From: a virus
Direction: 5' to 3' (one strand)
IMG/VR virus record: IMGVR_UViG_3300045988_140174
Location: 1 to 34,573 of that record
DNA length: 34,573 nucleotides
The notes beneath the pieces are model-generated. The model was not told the origin of the DNA. It did no database searches and saw only the letters and a program-made list of their open reading frames with translations. The position numbers and the translations under genes are program-made. This document shows positions 1 to 12,359 of the stretch, one piece after another. Each line of letters starts with the position of its first letter. The stretch's first letter is position 1.

Positions 1-3000
1 ATTCAGCATCAAATAAATGATTTTTAGTTAAAGTGCTTTCATCCTTGAAATAAGGATCGCTAGCAGTTTCAATCCACTTATCTGAAGTCTTATTTTTATT
101 ATTCGCAGCAACACGACCACGGATGCGGTTCGCACCACCACGTTGATAGTTACCTTCATTTAACCAAGAATCAATATACTCTAAACGGTTAGATAGGAAT
201 TGTTGACGAGATAGACTTCTATTTCCTTGTAAAGCATAGAAATAAGTACCATTAGTATCAACAGTATATACGCCAGTCGTATCACTACTAATATGTCCAG
301 TAGTACCATCTAAGTAAGAAGCATCATTAGTAATAGTAATATATTTATAATACTCATCTAAGTTAACCGCTACTAATGGACGAGTGCCCAAGTCAGCTAA
401 GTTATTTGTTGTATTATAATCAGTTAAATAATATGATTCAATACGATCAACAGTTTTTAAAGGTGGCTGTTTTAAATTAGAACCAAATACACTAGTAGTA
501 ATACCGCGTAAATGTCTGTATTTAGGAATAATTAAACCAGTTTTAAAATATTTATAGAAGTTATTCCATAAAACACTATCAGAAGTAGAATAGTTACCAT
601 CTTCAGTAGCATCAACATTGTATTCAAATGAAGGAATACCAGTATTATTAATACCTAATTGAGTATCAATATCATAGAAAATTGGATACCAAATATAGTC
701 TCCGCCTTTCTTTTGAGGACCCCAAGAAGCCATCATACAGTTTTTACCACGAGAGTCATAACATTCAAAAATTTCTGTCATAACGAAATATGTAGCCATA
801 TATTCTTTATCGAAGTGGTCACTTAATTCATAAGTAAATTTATCACCACGATACTCTTGTGTGTCATATTTATAAGAGCGATCACCATAAATAATAGTGG
901 TTCCAATATAATATTTATTTGGTTCATAAGTTTCAGCAGTCACATTAGCCTTAGTTACTGCTTTACCACATTTAGCGTTTCCATCATAATTATAATATGT
1001 TTTACTTGCATCAAATGCTTCATCTTTACATAAAACAACTAATCTATCAGCCTTTGTATCTAACTCTTCATCGCTATAAGATTCCAAAGTATAATAACGT
1101 TTATCGGGATTAAATATATCAGTGCTATAACAAGGAACATAGGTAATATTATTATTTTTATCAATTTCACCAGTATATAATTTAGTTTTAATAGCACTAA
1201 ATAATACTGTTCCAACATAAGCAACGATATATTCATGACTATTTTCTTGATTAGGATTATAGTCAGGATTCTTTTTATAATAAGTAGTGCCTTCTATATA
1301 TTCTTTAGCTAAGGTATAAATCTATTCAGAAGTTGATGGATTAGTTGTCATAATATAATGTTTATTACTATCAAATAATTCTTCACCAACATCACAGATT
1401 TTATAAGTACCATTTGATACAACTTTTTCAGTACAAGTACTCCAAACCCAAGCTACAGCGCGTTCCCAATTAGAATAATCTTTCAATAAATGCTGAGCGC
1501 GATTTTCTTGATTTAATGTAATATCATCCTTAGAAAATGTTAATGTTGGGTCTTTCTTACATTCTCCATCAGGAGCCATAATATAATCAAGAATATCTTC
1601 GTCATTATGATAACGATATTCAAATGAGTCTGCTACCACAGGGGCAGATTGAACTGCATTTAATACACGAGAACCATCAGCATTAAATACATCAAATTTC
1701 AAATCTTTGCGGTCTTGTGGGTCACGATATGAGCAGAAGGTACGGCTATTGTTTTCAAACTCCCAACATTCTGCTACTTTAGGCATACTCTTAGTACCAT
1801 CGCCTATAAATTTAGCTTTTGGATCTTTACCAGTAGTGCTGTCAAGTGCGAATCCATATACTTCATCAGAACCTTTATCTAAAAGCATATTGTATATACC
1901 AATAAATTGATAAATAGGCTCTGTGCTACCATCGACTGGTTTCTTTTTATGGAATGCAAGTACACGGAACCCTCGTACAGAAGTACGATAATCATCAGTA
2001 TTTTCAACCTTAAAATCGCTGTATCCAGGTTTCATAATATACCATTTATTATATTTAGGATTACTTGAATCAGCTACTTTTAATTTTGAATAAACAGTTG
2101 GATTTTCAGCCATTAATTTTTGATATAATGCGTATGGACCTAAATCAAAATCTTCTTTGCTGGTAATCACAATATTATCTTCTAAGACTTCATTACTTGC
2201 TGTTTTCGGATTACCCTTATGATTATAATAAGTATAAGTAGTTCCAGGAACATACTCAGTTGTTTCAGTCTCAACAGTTTTGTCAGGGTCTAAAACCTAA
2301 AATGCTTTTGCATTATTATAATCGTCTAATGGATGTTTAGAATAAGCATTTTTAACCATATTTGCAAATCCCATATTATAAGTTCCAGAAGATTCCATGT
2401 AGTCAATCTTCATAGTAAATTTATGAGTTCCGCAAGTATAATTATTAAAATACCAATATTTTTGACGAGTTTTTTCATTGCCACGTTTTACGTAAGCAGT
2501 ATTTTCAATATAAAAAGTATTAGGTTTATAAGGATTAGTTTCGCTAAATGTAACTTCCTTTTCACCATTTTCATCTTCATAATATTTAATTTTTAATTGG
2601 CCAGTAGCAGAATCAACTAGAGGACCTAATGTTGTACTTAAAATATAAGGCTTCTAAGTAGAACCTAATACATCAGCATTATACTATTCTCTAAATGGCC
2701 CACGGTTTAAGAAAATGTTAACACGCTTTTCGCCATCTACCGCATCGTTATTTTTAGTTTTAACTTTATAATTTCTACGAGGATAGAATTCAGATGAAGT
2801 TCCTTGAACGCTCATTGATGCGCTATCACTAATAAATGAAGGACAATGATATTTATAATAAGTTTCAACAGCTTTTTGTTTTTCAGCTGCTGTCGCACCA
2901 TCACCAAATAATTTATCAGCTTTAGCTAATTCTTCCAATTTACCTTTATTATAATACATTTCAAGTGGAGTATTAACAAATTCAACTCCAACATTTAATT

Positions 3001-5512
3001 TAACCTTTTTAGAATAAGGAAGTTTATTTTCACTATCTTCTAATTTAGTAGTATCAAAAATAATATAAGGCATTAATGGGGCATCAGGATGTTCATTATT
3101 ATACTTTATCATATTAGTATAGCTAAATTGGAATTCATCAATAGCAGTATTTTCTTCTGCTAATTTATTTTGATCGTAAATATTTACATTCTCAAAATCA
3201 GCAGCATAATTCATGACAATATCATTAACGTTTAAATCAGTGCGATATACTCGGACCTTATATAAATCAATATCACAGTAATCACTGTTAAATTCAATTT
3301 TATCATTTTCTACAACAAATCCATTTTCTTGAGTGTTTCTAACAACACTAGTTAGTACACCATTTAAATAAATATAAATTAAATTTTGAATTTTTTCTTT
3401 ACTATATTTACATACAACAGATAAAGTAATAATTTTATTTTCTACATAAGATACGTTTACGGTATCAGTACCATTAGAGAAAAACGCATCCTGTGGTCCT
3501 AAACATAAACCAGTAACGGCTTTAGTATTACCAGAAGAGTAACTACCTATAACATTACTTAAATTAATTTGCTTAGCAATATGACTAAATTCTAAATCAT
3601 CATATTCCATTCTACGTTTATTACCATTTTTATCGACAAATTCAACTTCATAAGTTTTTAAATACCAAGCTAAAAATGCATCATAGTTGGTGTATGTAGT
3701 ATTAAATTTGCCAGTTTCTTCATCATAAAATGCTTTATATAATTTTTCATCATTTTTATAACGAGTAATAGTACGAATTAAATTTGAATAATCCTAAACA
3801 TTACGAATTTTGAAAGTTAATTCAATACTATGAGACTGCTCAGTAGCTTGAGAGCCACTAGGATTTGAAAATACAGTGCGACCAATAGGAATAGATAATT
3901 TAGCACCATTACTAATACGTAAACAAGTTTTATTATCTTCATCCGTAGTCCAACCATTATTATACCAATTAAAATTAGTAAAAGTCGCCGCACAAGGTTC
4001 AGCCCCTAGAGCTGTAGAAGAATTTACTAAAGTAGTGCGTTTAGCCAACGTTTCAGAATTAGAACGTCCACTACCTACTGTGTTTAATAAATAAGTTAAG
4101 AAGCCTTGCTTCTAAATACCAAAGTCTGTTCTTGTTGGGTCATTTACAACACGAATTTCAATTTTACGGGTAGTCTCACGCGCTCCATCACCACAAGTAA
4201 TAGTGTAGTGATTAATTACATTTAATTCAGGATTAGCAATTTCAAAAATAGCAAATTTCTTAGAATCTGTAATTGTTTGAGGAGAATAAGAAAGTTCAAT
4301 ATTATTACGTTTAAAATGCACTACTGGGTTTTCAGCCTATGGGTCAAAAACACGGAAAGGAATTTGAATAGTGTCATAATTATAATATTCATCTTTATAG
4401 TCTCCCAACCAAATAATTGGAGGAGCTTGAGGGTCTAAACCATCATAAACAGCTACTTCAAAAATTAAAGGGTCAACTTCAATTCCTTTTTTGCCATTAA
4501 TTGATTGGAATAAACGAATCCAAACTTTATGATAACCATTAACTACAGGGATATATTGTGAAACATTAACAGTCTATAATGTAGCCGAATTAGCGGCTAA
4601 AGATACACTTAAAAATGGTTCATCTTCATTGTCAAAATAATATTCAACAATTTTATCCATAGCGCCATTAACATTACATTGTAATACTAATTTACTAGGC
4701 TCGAAATAACTTAAATTAGAAAAACTACTTGATTCTTGTAATTCTAACTTAGAAGTTTTAAATGTTACTAAACGAGTAACTGTGCTTGGATGATTGGTTT
4801 GACTAGCCACTAATACTAATCTTGAAGAAGCATCGTCTTTAGCCAATTTACCAAATTCAAAAGCATATTTCTCGCCATCAGGCACTTGGAATGTTCCTGA
4901 ATTATATTGGTTGTAATTGGTGCCATCATCAGTATATTCTAACTTCCAATTAATTGTTAGAATAGAGTCATAAGAATTACCCTTTTTATTTTTAGCTGAT
5001 GTGGCGACAAATGTTATTTCTTGAGAACGTCCATTAATTAAGTTAACAGTAGGTAATGAGTCTACAGTTAATTCAATATCAGAAGCTAATGAGCTAGGGT
5101 CATCTCCTCCCCCTCCACCAGCAACAGTTAAACGACGACATAGCACATTTTGAAATGCTCGCTGAACTTTTATTACACGATAAAAACAATTATCACCTAA
5201 ATTGATAATTAAATCATCTTCTTCGGGATACTCTCCGCCTTCAATAGCTCCGATTGGAATATTGATTTCATCTTCTAGTTTTTCAGCATCAGTCGGAGTA
5301 TAATTGGCATAATAAATACCAGAATTACTTCCTGAGCCACCACCACTACCGCTTCCTAAAAGCTTTCGTGATACCATTGTACCATCAGCTTGAGTATAGT
5401 CTATGAAAATTTTACCAGTATCAACTGCAAAATAAACATATCCATCATTAAAACCCATTAAATCTAATTTAGCTTCAGTACCACGAACAGGGATGAATCG
5501 TTTATTGCTCAT
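1..5512 (-). CDS. Tail-fibre / receptor-binding-like large structural protein, 5' portion only (more than 1837 codons; gene continues past the window start). Contains in-frame TAG codons.
   Basis: ATG at 5510-5512 sits 8 nt downstream of AAAGGAG (plus-strand revcomp 5519-5526). ORF-track fragments 4574..5512, 4112..4321, 3794..4048, 2684..3610 and 1322..2170 are all in one frame, and each is terminated by cta (TAG) at 4574, 4112, 3794, 2684, 1322, with a further one at 1295. I translated 1321 down to about 1170 by hand and found no TAA/TGA; 1..1170 was not checked. N-terminus MSNKRFIPVRGTEAKL..DGYVYFAVDTGKIFID carries the same fibre-anchor motif as the two upstream genes. Gly/Ser linkers present (GSGSGGGSGSNSG, GGGGGDD). 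Confidence 0.75.
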
Positions 5513-5562
5513 GCAAGTATCTCCTTTCTATCTTAAATTTTATATAAAACAAAATTATATAT

Positions 5563-5593
5563 AAAAAAAATGGGAGAGGAATTTTCCTCTCCC
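5563..5593 (-). terminator. Rho-independent terminator for the minus-strand fibre gene that ends at 5654.
   Basis: GC-rich inverted repeat GGGAGAGG / CCTCTCCC (5572-5593). On the plus strand it is preceded by an 8-A run (5563-5570), so on the minus strand the hairpin is followed by U8. Confidence 0.7.
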
Positions 5594-5653
5594 AAATTCC
5601 TTCGTTGATTTTTAAAAAAACCACGAATATAATTATTATAGATTGTCCTTAAA

Positions 5654-7297
5654 TTAGAAAGAACCCCAAACCAAATCAGCAGTAACAGTACTACCAGATG
5701 CAGTTAGTTTTAAAGTATCAGATTTTAATACCATCTTTGCATTTTTATCAGATACTAAACTAGTTCCAGCTTGTAAAGTATGTGCTACAGTAACAGTGTT
5801 AGTAGCATCATCACGAGTAGCACTATCTGGACCGGGCTTATATTCTAAAGTCTGGATAGTTTTAGTATTAATACCAGTGATATGACCATTATCATAAGTG
5901 ACAGAATCGATAACATCGAAAGTACCACCATTAGTTAATGATTTGCCATCAGTAGTTGATGTAGTATCATAAGTATCATGCTTGATAGTTACAGATAATT
6001 GATTTGGTGCTGAACCACCATTATCAGTAGAATCAATAACAATGCCATCACCTTCGGTAAAAGCAATTTTACCAACTACTCCACCACCATTACTAGAAGT
6101 AATGGTCATGCTATCGGTTGCACCTGCAGCTTTAAAAATATAAGTAGTATCAATCTATGCATCATCGCCAGAAGGAACATAAGTCCATTCGACATCACCA
6201 ATAGCTAAAACACCATTGGTTTCAGATTTTTTATCTTTGGCAGTTGCAATTAATAAATCGCCAATACCAGCAGTTTTACCAGTAGCATAAGTTAAATTGC
6301 CACCTTGAACTAAGAACATGTCGCCAATATGAATCTCAGCAGCAGTTCCACCCTTTAATACATTGAAACTTGCATCCATAGTAAAGGTAGTGCCACTAGT
6401 GCCAATAGTGCCACGATAAGTCATACCGTCAAGTTTATTAATTAACGCATCGACTTGGTCTTTAGAGTAAACAGGAAGGTCTACTTGTTTAGTATCGCTA
6501 CCAATACCATAATAACTACCATCAACGAAATAACCTAACTTTTGTGTCTTTAAAAGACCAGTAGTTCCAGCAGTATCAGAAGCTCCTACTTGTAATTCAC
6601 CATCATTGTTTAGACCTAAAATAATACCATTTAATTTAGTATCTTTAGATGCAATTTGAATACCATTACTTTTATCAATTTTAGTAACAGTTACATTGTC
6701 GCCGCCTTTGATGTGGACAGTGCTATCATCCTATAATGCGCTACCTAATACTAAATCAATATCATTAGTAGTATTAGCATCCTCTTGAACATTAAGAGTA
6801 TAGGTATCACCAGTAATTGTGAGTGCTTTATTATTAGCCATGGCTACTTGAGCACCCTTAGCTCCAGTAATAGTTACATCAGCTGCGGTAATAGTTTTAC
6901 CAGCATCACTATTAGTACCACCAGTAGTAATCTTAACACCCTTGTCAACTGAAGAAACAACTTGAGTTAGAGCAGTTAAAATAGTATCGTCATCAGGATT
7001 GATTTGCGCCCAAGCAGTACCATTATAATATGCTAAAACATTTTCAGTTACACAATAAGCGATATCGCCTTTAGTAGATACCGTTGTTTTTGCCTTTAAT
7101 GTACTTAAATTATCATAAATTTCAACACTTTTATTTAAAAGAGCCAGTTCATCAGCTTGACCAATATATAAACGACTACTATCAGAAGTTAAATAAAATG
7201 TACCTACTTCCCAGCCCTTTTGAGAATCTTTTAATGTATTTAAACTCGCTTGAGTACCAAGTTTAAATTTTACAGCATTACCAGTATAATCAGCCAT
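5654..7297 (-). CDS. Tail-fibre-like protein, 547 aa, with Thr/Ser/Gly-rich beta-rich shaft. Contains in-frame TAG codons.
   Basis: ATG 7295-7297 with AAAAAGGAG 8 nt upstream; TAA stop 5654-5656. Fragments 6731..7297, 6155..6424 and 5654..6109 share one frame and are separated by cta at 6731 and 6155. N-terminus MADYTGNAVKFKLGTQASLNTL...GTFYLTSDSSRLYIG carries the fibre-anchor motif. Confidence 0.8.
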
Positions 7298-7324
7298 AAT
7301 AAAATCTCCTTTTTATTTTAAAAA

Positions 7325-8263
7325 TTACTCTGAGAGTTCACCCCAAATAATACTCTCATAAACTTTATTAATTTCGTTGACAATATTAGTAGTATCTCCA
7401 GCCGCATAAGCTTTACCGAGGTCATTTAATGAGCCAACAGTAGAATTAAATACCTCAAGCGAAGTATATTCTTCAACAAGTTTCTTTTCAACAGCTTGTA
7501 ACTGAGAAACTTTTGCATATCCAGTTAAATCAGCATTACCAAATGTACCTAATTTTTCTGGTTTTGAGTTGATAAGCATATATTCATCATAAGAATTGTT
7601 ATCATCTCCACTACTATTAGGCACTAAGTAAACAACATTTTCTTTATTATTTTCCGCTGAAGTAATATCTTCTAAGCTGCCGACAGGTTTATAGGTTAAA
7701 TGATTCGCATTAGCGATTTCATTTTTAATAACAGTATTAAAATTATCAACTTGATTTTGTAGATTAACAATTTTAGTACTAATAGTATGAAAATCTTCTT
7801 CGGGCTTTTCCCACTCTAACTTACCAGCAGCTCCTTTTTTCAAATAAGAGCCACTTTCTGCAGTATCAAATCCAATGAGATTTAATTCAGGATTTGACCC
7901 TTCAACAGTTTTAAATTCAAATGTATTAGCATTAACATTAATCTCTAATTGACTAGCTATTAAACTAGCAACATCAGCCAATGATTTACTTTCCCATTTA
8001 CCGCTGTCATTTTTAACTAAAAACGCACCAGCATCAGTTACAGTTTCTAAAACATCACTAATATCAGATAACTTAGTAATATTAGTCTCCGAGCCAGAGC
8101 CACTAATTAATTTATCACCTAAATATAAATATCCATTTTTCTTATCTGCAGATTCATAAATAAAATATAAAGTATTAGGATCTATTAGTTTTCGCGCCTT
8201 TAATGAATTATAAGCAGTTATTGTACCGCGCTAAAACTTTACATAATTAACATTATTTGGCAT
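7325..8263 (-). CDS. Tail-fibre-like protein, 312 aa. Only one in-frame TAG, at 8231.
   Basis: ATG 8261-8263 preceded by GGAAAGGAGATTAAT; TAA stop 7325-7327. Hand translation gives MPNNVNYVKFxRGTITAYNSLKARKLIDPNTLYFIYESADKKNGYLYLGDKLISGSGSE... (x = TAG), continuous with ORF-track fragment 7325..7981. The motif V-K/Q-F-x-R-G-T ... TLYF ... LYLGD resembles the N-terminal anchor domain of prophage tail fibres / HylP-type proteins. Confidence 0.8.
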
Positions 8264-8330
8264 ATTAATCTCCTTTCCTTTAGAATCATTTATAATTATA
8301 AAAGAAATCTTTTCCCTTACTATTGGTATA

Positions 8331-8369
8331 TAAAAAAAGTTGGCCCATAATTAATCCTTATGGGCCAAC
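8331..8369 (-). terminator. Rho-independent terminator between the baseplate block and the fibre genes.
   Basis: Perfect 11-bp inverted repeat GTTGGCCCATA ... TATGGGCCAAC (about 8339-8369). On the plus strand it is preceded by AAAAAAA, which gives a U-run after the hairpin on the minus strand. Coordinates +/-1. Confidence 0.7.
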
Positions 8370-8373
8370 GTTA

Positions 8374-8766
8374 TTTATTCCTAAAAAATCGAAAGAATTT
8401 CTTCTGGTTTATAGTAAGAAATATTAATTACCTACTCACTATCTTCATAATAATTTTCTTTATCACTAGCACTAATTGCAATTTTTTTCCATAGCCCATC
8501 AATATTATGAGCATCTAATAAATACCCACTTTTATCTAATCTATAATATTCAGCATTTGGAATATATTCATCATTCGCTTGAACAACAATATACTATGGA
8601 GATTCAGTTTCATCTAAATAATAAACCATTAATCTCTAATCAGGGGTTAATGAATTAAAAACTGATTTTAATGTTGTAGTATCTTTAATAGAAGTTTCTA
8701 AAACATAATCAGTGCCATCTTTGAAATTATTATATTCAATTTCAGCAGCTTTTTTAGTGCTATAAA
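8374..8766 (-). CDS. About 130-codon coding segment in the +1 frame relative to the upstream 1082-aa gene, with no canonical start codon. Either a frameshift/reinitiation extension of that gene or a small gene with a non-ATG start.
   Basis: The frame is open from a TAA at about 8767 down to a TAA at about 8374, directly abutting the terminator hairpin, and contains 5 in-frame TAG and no TAA/TGA. First ATG is about 45 codons in, with no SD. Its upstream end overlaps the last 4 codons of the 1082-aa gene (...TAT AGG CAC TAA AAA AGC). Coordinates +/-2. Confidence 0.4.
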
Positions 8767-11700
8767 TTACACTAGGCCGATTCTAAATATAGGAAGGTGA
8801 ACCTGGATGATCTTGAGTCCAATTAGCTTGATATTTATCTCTACATTGCTGGAATTCTCTTAATAAACCCCATAGAGAATTTATATCACGATAATATTGT
8901 ACTCCTTCTTCAAAACCAGATGCTTTTTTATATAGTAAATATGCTGTATAATATGTCTTTTTATTATTAAATTTAGTAATATCTCCAGCATATACTTTAT
9001 CACCATTATCATTTTCAATATAATAGGCAGTATCAGGACTGGGGTCATTATCTAAATTTTCAACTTTTTCCCAAATGGGATAATTATCTTGGACAACATA
9101 TAATGGCCCAAAAGCTCCAGTATGTAGAGTTGAAAATGTTTTTTCAGTTTTAATATCCCATTGATTGTTAGGATTTCTTAAACCAAAGTCAATCTCACCA
9201 CGTTTACCATAATACACTACGTCTTTTGCCGGCTCGCCTGTTAAAATATTACCTTTTGAATCTACTATCGGATTACCATTTTGATCATATAAATCTGCCC
9301 AAACATATTCACTTTTTACTGGAATAAAATTATTAATGCTATATGAATCAGTGTATTTACCTAATAAATTTAATAATGCATTATACATACCCCAAATAGT
9401 TTCTTGTGAAGGTATATCATAATAATCATTATCTGTTTCTAATCCTAATAATTTATATAAATAACGAATTAATTCAGAAATAGTTTTAGGATATAGCGTT
9501 GAGTCATTAGGATCTCTATCGTTACCTATAAACAAATAACGCTTTTTATCTGTGGTATTTTTATCTGCTGGGATAAAAATACAATAAGCTTGACGGTATA
9601 GTTTGTCACTTTTACCAACTTGAATATACTATTCTGGATCCATAATATAATATACCTAATTTGAATCAAAATTATTCTAATTGGGTATATATTTATTATC
9701 TTTTTTAATATATAAAATTTCATCAATTTCATCGAAAGCATGCTAATCTAATTCAATTTTTACATAAGTAGTATTAGGATCGGGGTAATATAACTCACCA
9801 TTTAAATACTTTTTATCACTATAATCAACATAAGTATTAGTTTCACCATAATCTTGAGGATTATATATGACCCAAGTACCACGAGGATATACTAAATCCC
9901 ACATTAATGAAGCCATATTACCTAATTCTGGAAGATTAATATCAAATGTACGCTAGTCAATTTGTTTAGCATATTTTAATTCATTATTAACATAGAATCC
10001 TGAATCAGATAATTGAAGAGAAAATGGTTCATCTATGTTTGATAATGTTCCTTCATCAAGTTTATTGTTAATTAATTTATATCCTTTGGTATCCATATGG
10101 ACTGGATATAATTCACCAGAACTAGTTTTCTTTAAATAAATTTCATTTACTCTATCAGGAATATAATGCTATCTACGTTTATTAAATCCTTCAATATTAT
10201 AATGGAAATCTGTATTTGTATTAAATTTCCAATTACGAGGTAAATGTAATTTATAATCTAAATCAGTACTTCTAAAAGTATCTATATGAGGTCCATGATT
10301 ATGATGTACTCTAACTTTTTGAGCATACTATCTTCTCTATTGATTGTATTTTTTCTCATTATAAGAAATATTACCAGCATCATCTGTAATAATATATTCA
10401 TCAATAATAGCTTCTATTAATTTATTATTATCAAAATAATATAATTGCTAAGGGATTTTTACTAATCGTTTAAATAATTCAAATGAAATGTATCCAGGTT
10501 CTTCTAATTTTTTATGATAATATTTTAATGTAATACCATTATTTTCAGTAGCAGAATATTTTGACCCAACAGACAAAGCAGTATAATGAGGCGGGTCATT
10601 TACAATATAATCTGAACTATAATAAATATTACCAAGGGTTTCTAAATACATATCAAGAATTTCTTGACTTGTAATAATTTCAAGTTTTTTACCATTTACA
10701 TCTTTTTCTAATGGTTCATAAATAATTATATCGCTAGTAATTTTTTTATATTCAAATAAGGGACCACGATAAATATCTTTTATAGGTAATGCCTTATATT
10801 CTTCTTTACGAGCTTTTTTTAAATCAGCAATAGCTTGTTTCCAAATTTGAACTTTAGATGCATATTGAGATAACATATCATCTAAATTTGTAATTTTAGT
10901 GTTATAATATTCTTCAGAGACTTTATCTCCTGCATATTGAGCAAGAGCTTTTTCACGAACTAAATTTGCTCTATATTCACTATATCCACCAATTTTATCA
11001 GCATTCGCCTCATGATTAGTGTCAAATGTAAATAAACCTTTATATTCTTCAGAATTATTAATTTTTTCTTCATAATCAATAATTTCTTCTAAATTTTCTT
11101 TTACTGATTCTTCTAATTTTTTTACCTTAGGAGTGCTAGCATTCCATTTATCAACAATATAACTAATATCTAATTCTTTATATTTAGGAATAGTAAGAGC
11201 AGTTTCTCCTTCTCCTATAATTGTTTCGCCGTCTAATTGATAATAACTATTTAATGGAGACAACTAAACACGGCTATTATCTTCATATAAAAAACTAACT
11301 TTTTCATATTCATCATTATCATCAGGAGCGTCTACTATAGCTTCAAATTTAGGAGCTTTAGAATCTAAACTCGCAACCATAATATACTTTTCAGTAATTG
11401 TAGTATTATTACTAACTGAACACCAAATTTTTTGCCATACAGTATGGTCATAATTAGCTTGATAATGTTTTTTATCTATTTCTTTATTTATAGAATATTC
11501 ACAATTTTCATCAATTCCATCAGGTGTTAAATTATTTAATGGGTCTTGAGTAATACTATCTTTTAATAAATAATATCTCTAATTGGAATCATAAAAATCA
11601 GTTTTAGGGTCTACTTTAAAATAGTCTCCATAAGGACGCTATGAAGTAAGTTTTGGGTCCATATCACCAATAGTCTAAATACTACCTTGAATTTTATAAA

Positions 11701-12001
11701 CCCACAACACTGGACAATTAGCCGTAAATTTTTCAACTTCATTGCCCTTTTCGTCATTAGCAGTTTGATGCCACTAAGCTTTTATTTCTGTTGATATATA
11801 AGGACTATATCGACGTTCGCCATAATTAATAAATACATAACGAGTGTTATACACTCCATCGCCATTAATATTCCCAGTAGAGGAGCCATCTGGAGCGCGT
11901 TTAGCTATGGCTTGTTCCATTTCATAACGATTGGTATAAGTTTTATCAAATGTTAAAGCAATTCGTGGATTAACTTTTAAATTACCATAAAATGAACTCA
12001 A
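8753..12001 (-). CDS. Phage minor structural / baseplate protein, about 1082 aa, TTG start. Contains in-frame TAG codons.
   Basis: TTG at 11999-12001 sits 8 nt after AAGGAGG and directly after the TAA of the preceding gene. Fragments 11774..12001, 10448..11263 and 8783..9535 are in one frame and end in cta. I translated 9536-10447 by hand: no TAA/TGA, 8 in-frame TAG (9629, 9656, 9677, 9743, 9953, 10169, 10328, 10337). True TAA stop is 10 codons below 8783. 11264-11773 was not hand-checked. Confidence 0.7.
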
Positions 12002-12343
12002 TTAACTCCCCTCCTTTTCGTATAAAATATCTATTAATAAATAAGCATCTTGATTTTCATCTATATTAGTTAATGACATTTCATCAAAATTAATAGATGT
12101 TACTACACCAGAGCCCTAAGTCATATCTAATTCATACAAACCAACTCCACCAATCATTATATAGTCTTGATTGGCATTAAGTCTAAATTTAGTACCTGGT
12201 AAACTTTGGATTCCTAATTTTATAATAGGAGTATAATCATCAAAAATTACTCCTGACATTAATTTAGCTTTAGTTATTGTTACTGGATAATTTTTTTCAT
12301 TTAATTCACCAAAATATCGAAACTAAACAACACTTTTAGCCAT
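12002..12343 (-). CDS. Small hypothetical structural-module protein, 113 aa, 2 in-frame TAG.
   Basis: ATG 12341-12343 with GAGAGGAGA 7 nt upstream; TAA stop 12002-12004. Hand translation: MAKSVVxFRYFGELNEKNYPVTITKAKLMSGVIFDDYTPIIKLGIQSLPGTKFRLNANQDYIMIGGVGLYELDMTxGSGVVTSINFDEMSLTNIDENQDAYLLIDILYEKEGS. Confidence 0.6.
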
Positions 12344-12359
12344 TACTCCGTCTCCTCTC

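Noticed and set aside
1-8263. A diversity-generating retroelement (DGR) targeting the fibre C-termini.
   Set aside because: No reverse-transcriptase gene and no obvious template/variable near-repeat pair within the window. This cannot be excluded for sequence outside it.
9526-9741. Minus-strand ORFs 9526..9741 and 21763..22017, which are in a different frame from their neighbours.
   Set aside because: They overlap the 1082-aa and 2422-aa genes out of frame. Their peptides are Ile/Leu/Lys repeats typical of off-frame AT-rich sequence.
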